Shown here: one piece after another, positions 1-8,883 of the stretch
Layout: every line of letters begins with the position of its first letter
Numbering within the stretch: position 1 is the first letter of the stretch
NCBI GenBank assembly: GCA_043228905.1
Contig: JBHGNT010000006.1
Coordinates: 6,138,001 to 6,202,000, forward strand
DNA: 64,000 nucleotides
Direction: 5' to 3'
From: Azolla caroliniana
Lineage: Eukaryota > Plantae > Polypodiophyta
The notes under the pieces: generated by a model
Databases searched by the model: none
Seen by the model: only the letters and a program-made list of their open reading frames with translations
What the model was told of the DNA's origin: nothing
Translations under genes and position numbers: made by a program

Positions 1-879
1 GCAAGCGAGACACTATAAATAGAGAAGTGGCAAAGCTGAGCAATGCAATTGCCCATATCTTGAAGTGAAGGGAAGAGCAAGAAAATGGCCTAGGAGGAGG
101 AGTAGTAGTAGTAGTAGTAGTAGTAGTAGAATTATGAGGGTTTTTGGGTTTGGCCATGGAACTACAATCTGAACACCAACCACCACCAGCCCCTCGGGCA
201 AAGGTCTAACTCTTACATGCCATATAGCGTTACTATTTTTTATAGAGATACGTAACACTCACTAGCGTTACTATTCTATGTTTTTTTGTGTGTAAGAAGT
301 TTGTGTGTGTTTTAGTTAATAAGAAGTTTCCCCTTTGTTGCACGTTCCCACTAAAGGTATCTCAACGTGCACACGCCTCTCCGGTTGACACATTTTCTAA
401 TCAAAGTAGTAGAAGAAAATTTTGCCTCCGAAACACGTTACATCTGCATTTTCTAAGTCTTGCCTTAAGAATAATTGTATTCTTGGATTCACAATGTAGA
501 CCTGTTATTAGTTTATGAATAAAATTTCAAAGATCAACCTACCTAGAGTTCATGAACTTCCTAGATTAATAATAATAATAAAAGAGGCTCTAAATCTTGG
601 GACCTATGTCTATATGATAAATGTTTCAAATAAGAGTTGAAAAAAACAATGAAAACATTTACTATTTTTTTTCCCCCAAAAATCCACTACTTTGCATTAG
701 TTAGCAAATAGAATACAACAAAGTTTGTCCAAATCCACAATGGGATCAACATATACAACTTGGAGAAAAAACTCCAAAACTATCAAACAAAAACAGCAAA
801 AAAACTCAACCGATCCTTAACTCAAGCAAAATTGAAATAAACCCTATTTTACCCCGACTCTACAGCTCCCAACTAACTC

Positions 880-1330
880 TTTTCTAACAACATTATCCGG
901 GTAACATGACTATACTAACGCACGTTTGTGTCAGCTATACATACATAATTACAACTCATGTACAATATTGGGAGCCATCGGTGGAAACAACCACCTAGGT
1001 GCTTGGTAATTCCACTTTCCCCTTTTAGGGACAATCCTTGTATTGAGCCCCACACAACGTTCCCTTTCACACCACAGGCTGCCACGATTCGAAGGCTTCT
1101 ACTCCAAATGTTAATCGCCTTTTGTACAATTCCAAAAACAGTGAGAGATTGATTCCAAAGCCTGTCCACATAACTTATAGCTAGCCTCACCACCACAGGA
1201 GCTCAACCACTCGCCTACAAGTATCGCCTTGTGGCTAAGAAGCCACAACCAAGCCTTTATTTTTTCTGGCATATCCAATGCCCATAGTCTCCTCCAAAAC
1301 GACTTAAGGATGATATGGTTCAAGCTTTGT
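880..1330 (-). mobile_element. Decayed L1-clade LINE fragment (ORF2 C-terminal zf-RVT region)
   Basis: Minus-strand ORF 1111-1323 SFWRRLWALDMPEKIKAWLWLLSHKAILVGEW..CGQALESISHCFWNC parallels KFWKWLWSMQLPKKVICFRWLLIHYALPVGDW..ESILHLFWMC in the intact ORF2. It continues after a frameshift (..VVWGSI..). Boundaries are approximate. Confidence 0.8.
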
Positions 1331-2171
1331 TTCTCTTAGGGATGGGACATCTTATCTACACCGCTAATCATGGAACTTAAGGAATAAGATTGAATACAAT
1401 TAATTGCAAGTTGATTGTTGAGTTGTCCTCTTATTTTTTTGTTATGGTTTAACATCATTCTAAAGTGTCGTACATTAGTTCTGGATACACTCTTGCTAGT
1501 TATATGGCTATGCATGACAAAAAAGGGGCTTGCCCTTTTATTAGTAGATATTTAAAATAAGAAGTCATGTTTTCCTTTTCTTATCCATCAAATGCTTCAA
1601 ATCATTTGAAGAATTTTATCTTTGTTTCGCCTTTCCAACCAACCATGTAACACTATGTGTTGATTATGTGTTTCATTCCTTCTCTCATATGTAGTTACTA
1701 TTCTCTAATAATTTCTTTTCATTTCTCTCCTTTCATCTTACTTATCCTTCTTCCTTAGTCAAACATATGGGCCGTTTTGTTCACAATGTGTTGCACGTTT
1801 AAGATCTATAGTTCTTTAGACATTTGGAAGTGGCAAGCAACCACATCTTTTTAGAACTTAGTTTCATTGCCTCTTTTCCATTGTATTCTCAAATTCAATA
1901 AAAATGCTTCATATGGCATGCATTGATATTGCGTATGTCATCATTTTGTCGGTTTGTGACACATTGTATTTTTTAGAAGATGCCCCCCTAGAAACAAAAC
2001 GTCTTAATATGTGCCCAAACACTTATGCAACAATGAATTCTCCTAGAACATCGTGAGAAAGTTTGACAGTAAGGCCTTTAATTATACTCCAAAGCCTCCC
2101 CCTTGTTCAGAATAACTTTTATGGAAATGAAATCCTTAGTTCTCAAATGCAAACTCATTTGCACCCAATGT

Positions 2172-2380
2172 TAGGAATCGACAATGGTTCGGCTTCGGCT
2201 TAACCGGTTTGAGAGTTTTCAAACTTGAACCAAACCGGTTCTTAAACCGATTAAGGCGGTTCGTCTTGAGCCTTACCAAACCGAGCTCAAATAAGTTAAG
2301 GAGGCTCAAGCCTAAACCAAACCAAACCAAACCTCAAAACAGTTTAACGGCTCAGTTCAAGCTTGAGCCAAGCTTATTGT
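2172..2380. repeat. AAACC/GGTTT-rich subterminal region of a decayed DNA transposon (hAT/MITE-like left end)
   Basis: Starts TAGGAATCGAC, a 9/11 match to the TIR start TAGCAATGGAC of the MITE at 19889. Followed by many aaccg/aaacc/ggttc motifs like those inside that MITE. Confidence 0.45.
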
Positions 2381-3149
2381 TGACTCTTACTCGGTGTGTT
2401 AACTCAATTTTCTTTGGATTGACTTCACTATCTTTAAATCTTCTATTGAAACTCATGATTGTATTTCTAGACCTCCTTTATGATATCATACTATTGAGGA
2501 TAATCATGTGCTCAAGAAATTATCTTAATCATTGTCTTTTTGATTATAGCATTACTAGTGTGATTAATCATCAATTTGAGCTGGACAAGTAGCCCCAAAC
2601 AAGAGAAACATGTTTTCCTTATATTTTTTAAGGATTATTTTCAAATTCTAACTGTGATTGCATGACTTTGCACCACTCAGCTTCTGTTGTTTTGTTTGAC
2701 ATTTTAATGTTCAAGTTATTGAAGGGTAAGGTTCTTAAATAGAATTTCAACTAACAACTAATGAATTAATGACCAAAGCCTCTTAAGAGTTTAATAGCTC
2801 TTTTGGAATGATTCTGTCTGCTCTGTCGAAAGTCTTGAGGAAGGAAAGCAATATCCCTCTGCATCAGACCCAGCGACCATATTCGGCGACCCTCCCCTAT
2901 GTCTGAGCTTCACGGCCGCCACAACAGAGGAAGGGAAGCAACCACTGGGCTACAAATTCGTTCTGCTGCGCTACAACATCTCTACCAACAGGTTTGATTT
3001 CTGCCTATATTAACTTTGTATCCATCGAAGCAGATGAAATTAGTGGTGGTGGTGATTGGGGAAAAGTAAGGAGAAAGATTTGGAAGAGAAGAGAGAACGA
3101 TTAATTAGGAAGTAGGGAGTCTTACAAACTCAGGACTAGAAGAGAGTCG

Positions 3150-4544
3150 ATGTATACACCGTCTTCGTCAACGCCCAAGGAGCGATCCAGCGAATCGGCC
3201 CCTGCTTCTCCTACGATTGACGGTACTATAGATGTCCAATTGGCACCGGAAGATGAGCTCACTGTTCTCAATGAAGTTAAACGATTGGAGCGGTGCTCTG
3301 TTGTTGCCCAAGTCCTGGGAAAACGACCGAGTAGAGGGGATCTTCGTCATCTTCTCCAGGCAGCCTTAAAGGAAAAATTGGATAAGATAACTGATATTCA
3401 ATTGATGGGTCGAGGTTGCTATCAATTGGAGTTTGAAGATCATTCTTCCGTTTGCAATATCCTTTCCATCCACTCGGTAGAAATCTCAGGTGCATGGGTT
3501 CTTTTTTTCCCATGGACCCATGGTTTTGATACGGCAGCCCTACAGGTGGAGGCAACGGGATACTTTACGTGTACTGCTGTTTTTCCAGGTTTAGACAAGG
3601 AGTGGAGGGAGGTTCTTCACAAAATTGGGGCAGCAATAGGTAGAGTTTTACATGTTAACTCATCTACATTCAAGGATATTGTAGTAAAAGGAGGAGCTCC
3701 GTCGGTCAAGTTACTTTGCAAGAAAGATGTAGTGTTACCTAATTGGATTCGCCTTCCAAAACTGCAAGGTAATATGTTTCAAAAAATTCAGAAAGTGCTT
3801 TACTTTGGGTTGCCCAACCAATGTTTTTCTTGTAAAAAAATTGGTCATTTAGCAAAAGATTGTTTGATTGTCCATGGGAAGCCTATTGTAGCTATGCATA
3901 AGCAAAATAATAATGTGGTCACTTCACTGGTGCCTCATGAAACTCAACAAGTAAAGGGTTTTGATATATTGTTAGATAAAGTGGGTAAGGGAAAAGGTGT
4001 TGATATGAGTTGTTCCAATGTCCCTCAATTTGCACTATCGGAAGGTAGTATGGACACGTTGAGGCAAGATTTAGGAATGTCGATTTCTGCTCCATCTTTG
4101 GAGATCATACCAGCCATTCCTCCTCCCTTAGTGTTGCCTGAATGTAGTATGGACGCTTTGCAAAAAGATGTAGTTATGCCGGTTTCCGTTTCCTCTTTGG
4201 AAATTGTTCCAGTCATTGACTCAATGCTAGAACAAGATCCGACGAAAGTTAAGGCGTCAGTTCAGAAAATGATAACATCGTTTCAACATAATGATGCAAA
4301 GGTAAATGCTCGATCATATTCAGATGTTTTGCAGACAGGTGTGGGGCAATCACCGTATGTTTTTGCATCTGCAAAGGATACTATAGAAGCGCTTGGGAAT
4401 AGCAAAAATAGGGTATATAAAGACCATCGTGTGTTAGTCAAGGATTTCCGTGTGGAAAAAAGAATAACAAGAGCAGTAACTTCATCTCAAAAGGAGAGAC
4501 AAGTGGTTTTGACTGATAAGAGGTCTTCTCCATCTCAATCTTGA
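3150..4544 (+). CDS. L1 ORF1p (DUF4283/RRM-like region plus CCHC zinc knuckle), 464 aa
   Basis: Zinc knuckle CFSCKKIGHLAKDC. The N-terminal MGRGCYQLEFE..ISGAWVLFFPW..GF..FPGL..W..IGAAIGRV pattern is typical of plant L1 ORF1. It lies directly upstream of ORF2. Confidence 0.92.
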   Translation: MYTPSSSTPKERSSESAPASPTIDGTIDVQLAPEDELTVLNEVKRLERCSVVAQVLGKRPSRGDLRHLLQAALKEKLDKITDIQLMGRGCYQLEFEDHSSVCNILSIHSVEISGAWVLFFPWTHGFDTAALQVEATGYFTCTAVFPGLDKEWREVLHKIGAAIGRVLHVNSSTFKDIVVKGGAPSVKLLCKKDVVLPNWIRLPKLQGNMFQKIQKVLYFGLPNQCFSCKKIGHLAKDCLIVHGKPIVAMHKQNNNVVTSLVPHETQQVKGFDILLDKVGKGKGVDMSCSNVPQFALSEGSMDTLRQDLGMSISAPSLEIIPAIPPPLVLPECSMDALQKDVVMPVSVSSLEIVPVIDSMLEQDPTKVKASVQKMITSFQHNDAKVNARSYSDVLQTGVGQSPYVFASAKDTIEALGNSKNRVYKDHRVLVKDFRVEKRITRAVTSSQKERQVVLTDKRSSPSQS

Positions 4545-4545
4545 T

Positions 4546-7500
4546 ATGTATTATTTTAATATTTTATCTTGGAACCTTCAAGGGTTAGGTACGAGTCGTT
4601 GTAATAGAGTAAGATGTTACTTGAATCAAGAATTATCTTTACCTTCAATAGGTCAACTTGATATGTTATGCTTTCAAGAACACCATCTTAATTCACAAAG
4701 GATAGCATCAAATAGAAATTTACTACGTGGTAATTGGATTTATGAATGGGTTCAGGCTTTTGGACCATCTGGTACTCAAGGTGGCCTTTGTATCGCACTT
4801 AAAATGCAATGGCAGTCTAATGTACAAGCTAAAGGAGTATTGTTTGGTGGTAGAGTTCAATATATGCTTATTCTTATCTCCGGAAAATTGATTGGTTTTT
4901 TGAATGTATATGCTCCGAATTCTGTTACTGGAAGAATTCGTTTGTGGAATAAGTTATTGCAAGATCTTCCTGTGGCACAACATTGGTGCATGTGTGGTGA
5001 TTGGAACATGATTGAAAGCCCTAGTGATAGATTAGGTGGATCTTCTACTACTATATCGGGTTTAGAATTGCGTGAGTGGGAAAAGTTAATTTTCAAATAT
5101 GAAGTTACTGATTTGTGGCATATTCCAACCTTCTCTCGCATGCCCGATTCCTTGTTATACTCACGTTCCAATCGAGGAAGTGTTGCTCTTAATCTGTCGA
5201 GAATAGATAGGTTTTATGCAGATTCTTTTTTTTGGGATCGTGGAGGATATGTGGGTATTATATCAGGCACTTCGTTCTCAGATCATGCCCCGATTATGCT
5301 CAAATTCTGTATGAACAGCCATACTTCTATTTCTCGATTGTATGTGCCAAGGTTTATTGTTGATGATATGAGTTTGCAGAATACAGTTTTGTCAATTTGG
5401 AGAATGGCTGTAGGGGATTCTAATTGTCAAAAATTACAGAATGCTCTTCTCGCAGTTTCCAACTTCTTTATACAACAAGTTAAGTTAAAACAAAGTAGCT
5501 ACACTAGAAAATTGCTGAATGCTAAGAGAGGTTTGGCTTCTCTTCAAATTTTGCAAGAAAAACAGCCTCATTCTCAATATATTCATTGTGAATTACAGAA
5601 TGTTATGATGCTTATTTCTTTTCTGCAGCAAAAACGTGCTCAATTTTTTCTTCATGCATCTGCAGCAAGATGGTGTACAAAAGGAGACACCATGTCAAAA
5701 TTCTTTTTCCAACATGTTACGCCTAAAAGAAATAAAATTCAGATTGTACAATTGAAAAGATCTGATGGTACAGTTACTATGGATAAAGATGAAATGAGTA
5801 ACATTGTTGCCACTTATTATGAGTCGTTGTTATCAGCAGATACTCCAAGTGTTGAAACTCAACAAATGCGCCAAAAAGTATGGGCTGTTACTGTGGTTAA
5901 GGTAACATCTCGGATATCTCTTCAGCTTCTTCGTCCATTTTCATCCTTTGAAATATTACAAGCTATTAAAGGTGTTGGGCCAGATGTGTCCCCGGGAGTA
6001 GATGGAATGGGAAGAGATTTTTTCATTACATATTGGGACTTGATTGCCGAAGATCTATTGCCAGCATTTCAAGAAATGTTCAATACAGGTATTATGCCAC
6101 AAAAGTGGAAAGAGGGATTAATATGCCTCATTCCGAAAGGTGAGGTTGTTACGGATGAGGTGAAGGGTTGGCGGCCCATTACTTTATTGAATACAATTTA
6201 CAAAATCTATGCTAAGTTATTGGCTTTGAGATTACAACCTTTTCTTTCAGAGATTGTGCATGACTCACAGACGGGATTTATGCAAGAACGTAGTATTTTT
6301 GACAATATTTTTTTGTTTTGGGAATTAACAGGGATGGGAATGAAAACTAAAGAAGATCTAGCGGTACTTTTATTAGATTTTGAGAAGGCATATGATAGAG
6401 TTGATTGGGACTTCATGGAAGGTTCATTATTGAGATTAGGTTTTCCTGCGCAGTGGATTAGGGCTGTAGCTTCCTTGTATCGTGAGGCCTTTAGTTCAGT
6501 GTTGGTCGCCGGTGGGCAAACTAGAAAATTTTCTATCTCGCGTTCGGTTCGTCAAGGTTGTCCATTGGCCCCATTCCTGTTTTTGCTAGTTATGGAAACA
6601 TTCTCAATGTATTTAAACTCCTCTCAAGTTGCTTTGAAGGGTTTGCCTTTGCCTGCCACGCAACAACAAATGTTGGATGCAGAATTTGCAGATGATACTG
6701 CAATTTATGTTCAAGGTAATGATGAAAATTTAAGTAAATTGCAAGAAGTAGTGGAGGAATTTTGTTTGGCCTCTGGAGCAAAGATAAATTGGCATAAATC
6801 TCTTGGCTTTTGGGTGTCACAAAATTCCTTGCCTAATTGGATGCCTTCGCAGGAATTCAAGTGGGTTCCTAATGGAACCACTACTCGTTACTTAGGCTGT
6901 CAAGTGGGACTTCATGTTACTGCAGATATGTTAGTTGCTCCTCTACTTGTAAAATTAAGAAGAAAATTGTTGCTTTGGGATTCGGTTAACCTGTCACTTG
7001 CAGGTCGTATACTTGTAGCTAACCAAGTGTTGTTAGCGACTATTTGGTATGTTGCTTCAACTACATTGTTTGCTAGATCATGTATTTTACAGGTGCAACG
7101 CCTCATTCGTAACTACATTTGGGGAGGGAAAACAGGTCAAGGTAAAAGGCCTAAAGTAGCTTGGGCAGTATTGATTGCTCCACGACAAAATGGTGGGATG
7201 GGGCTGGTAGATCCAGATGCACAGTGTAAGGCTTTGCTTTCTAAATTTGTGTGCAGAGCTATGCTGCCAATGCAAGGTGTTTGGAGTCGTTTGATGATGC
7301 ATAGGTTGTCTACTATGTGCCCATCAATAGGAGGAAAGTGGCAACCATCTTTAAGATGGGGTTTTATTCAGAATTTTCATTTGTTTAAAACAACCTTATT
7401 AGAAGATAGGTTTTTTAATGGAATTCTCACAAGTTGGTCAGTTGTCAAAAAGTTTCTAATTCGGAAGGTACCTTCGACAACGGATGACTTGTTGAGACAA

Positions 7501-8883
7501 CCCTTGATCTGGAACTTTCTCTTTTCAGATTCAAGGGGTTTTCTGCTTGGTAGCCGTCCTCGGTTGAATTGGGCTTCTATGGATGCATCAATAGCAGGTA
7601 ATGTTCAAGCATGGGGATGCTATGTTATGAATCAACAGTTACAACCTTTGTCGAGGCCTTCAGTTCGAGGAAGTGCTATTATGTGCGATAATATGCAAGT
7701 GGCATTGGGACAATTTATGGCTTCATGGTCCCCCTCTAGCAATCAGATTTGGTTTGGTTATTTCTCTCCTCTAAAAGTGATTTTAGGAGCTAAAGTAACT
7801 AACACTATGGGTGATGTAATATACTTTAATGTGGATGATGATGGTAGGTTGTGGCATGTATTTTCTGAATCAGATGTGTGGATATCCGCCAATGTTTCAG
7901 CGATTCGAGTAGTTGCAAGATGGGGAAAAAAATGGCTCTTGGATCCACCATTTCAAGAATGCTTACGGTTTTGTTCGTTGTGGGTTTTTCAAAAAAAGCC
8001 GCTTTATAATTTGGATTGGGATCCAGCTGATTATCAATGGAAAAAACCGAATGCTAATGGAAATGGTAAACACTTAGAGTTCTTTCAGTATTCAGTTAAG
8101 TTAGGTAGAAATTTATTATTGCAATCAAAGTATAAATGCCCGGCTGCCATGAAGCATTGGATTGCAAATAATGTGAATGAACTACAACTTACAAAATTTT
8201 GGAAATGGTTGTGGAGTATGCAGTTGCCGAAAAAAGTTATTTGTTTTCGTTGGTTGTTGATACATTATGCTCTTCCTGTTGGTGATTGGTTGAGGCAAAA
8301 TCAGCAATATGCTTGTGGAATGCATTGTGGTGAATCTACGGAATCTATTTTGCATTTGTTTTGGATGTGTCCCAAAATCAAGCAATTCTGGAGTAAGTTG
8401 TTTTTATTACTAAGAAACCACTATGCTCGTTCTACTTTCTCATGGGGTGCAGTATTATGGGGTGTCCTTCATGGAGATGTTATGAATTACGAACGTATGC
8501 ATGCTTCTCATGTTTTTTACTTTTCCAATGGGTACATCTATCTCACTTCATTTCCATCTGTTATTCCTCGGTTTAGAACTGAAAATCTGGTTATTTGGCG
8601 TACTGTTACGTCACTAGCGCTGTGGACAATATGGAAAACGAGATGCGATGTTGTTTTTAATAATGCTCACATACATCTCAATAATATGCTTATTGAATTC
8701 TGGTGGTTATTTGTCCACACCATACGTGGACAATATGATGATGTGCAGGGTACAACTGATGCTCAAAGGCAACGTCAAGTGGACTTTAAGAAACGGTGGC
8801 GAGGGCTTCACTTATTTTCAGATACGTCTCCTGGTATGAAGTGGAATTATTCCATTCCTCCTTTTTTATTGCATAGCTTGTAG
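4546..8883 (+). CDS. L1 ORF2p (APE endonuclease, reverse transcriptase, zf-RVT), 1445 aa
   Basis: Endonuclease motifs SWNLQG, FQE, NVYAP, GDWN, SRIDRF, SDHAP. RT motifs SPGVDG, WRPITLLN, DFEKAYDRV, VRQGCPLAP, FADD, RYLG. C-terminal CGMHCGESTESILHLFWMC. No stops or frameshifts. Confidence 0.97.
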   Translation: MYYFNILSWNLQGLGTSRCNRVRCYLNQELSLPSIGQLDMLCFQEHHLNSQRIASNRNLLRGNWIYEWVQAFGPSGTQGGLCIALKMQWQSNVQAKGVLFGGRVQYMLILISGKLIGFLNVYAPNSVTGRIRLWNKLLQDLPVAQHWCMCGDWNMIESPSDRLGGSSTTISGLELREWEKLIFKYEVTDLWHIPTFSRMPDSLLYSRSNRGSVALNLSRIDRFYADSFFWDRGGYVGIISGTSFSDHAPIMLKFCMNSHTSISRLYVPRFIVDDMSLQNTVLSIWRMAVGDSNCQKLQNALLAVSNFFIQQVKLKQSSYTRKLLNAKRGLASLQILQEKQPHSQYIHCELQNVMMLISFLQQKRAQFFLHASAARWCTKGDTMSKFFFQHVTPKRNKIQIVQLKRSDGTVTMDKDEMSNIVATYYESLLSADTPSVETQQMRQKVWAVTVVKVTSRISLQLLRPFSSFEILQAIKGVGPDVSPGVDGMGRDFFITYWDLIAEDLLPAFQEMFNTGIMPQKWKEGLICLIPKGEVVTDEVKGWRPITLLNTIYKIYAKLLALRLQPFLSEIVHDSQTGFMQERSIFDNIFLFWELTGMGMKTKEDLAVLLLDFEKAYDRVDWDFMEGSLLRLGFPAQWIRAVASLYREAFSSVLVAGGQTRKFSISRSVRQGCPLAPFLFLLVMETFSMYLNSSQVALKGLPLPATQQQMLDAEFADDTAIYVQGNDENLSKLQEVVEEFCLASGAKINWHKSLGFWVSQNSLPNWMPSQEFKWVPNGTTTRYLGCQVGLHVTADMLVAPLLVKLRRKLLLWDSVNLSLAGRILVANQVLLATIWYVASTTLFARSCILQVQRLIRNYIWGGKTGQGKRPKVAWAVLIAPRQNGGMGLVDPDAQCKALLSKFVCRAMLPMQGVWSRLMMHRLSTMCPSIGGKWQPSLRWGFIQNFHLFKTTLLEDRFFNGILTSWSVVKKFLIRKVPSTTDDLLRQPLIWNFLFSDSRGFLLGSRPRLNWASMDASIAGNVQAWGCYVMNQQLQPLSRPSVRGSAIMCDNMQVALGQFMASWSPSSNQIWFGYFSPLKVILGAKVTNTMGDVIYFNVDDDGRLWHVFSESDVWISANVSAIRVVARWGKKWLLDPPFQECLRFCSLWVFQKKPLYNLDWDPADYQWKKPNANGNGKHLEFFQYSVKLGRNLLLQSKYKCPAAMKHWIANNVNELQLTKFWKWLWSMQLPKKVICFRWLLIHYALPVGDWLRQNQQYACGMHCGESTESILHLFWMCPKIKQFWSKLFLLLRNHYARSTFSWGAVLWGVLHGDVMNYERMHASHVFYFSNGYIYLTSFPSVIPRFRTENLVIWRTVTSLALWTIWKTRCDVVFNNAHIHLNNMLIEFWWLFVHTIRGQYDDVQGTTDAQRQRQVDFKKRWRGLHLFSDTSPGMKWNYSIPPFLLHSL

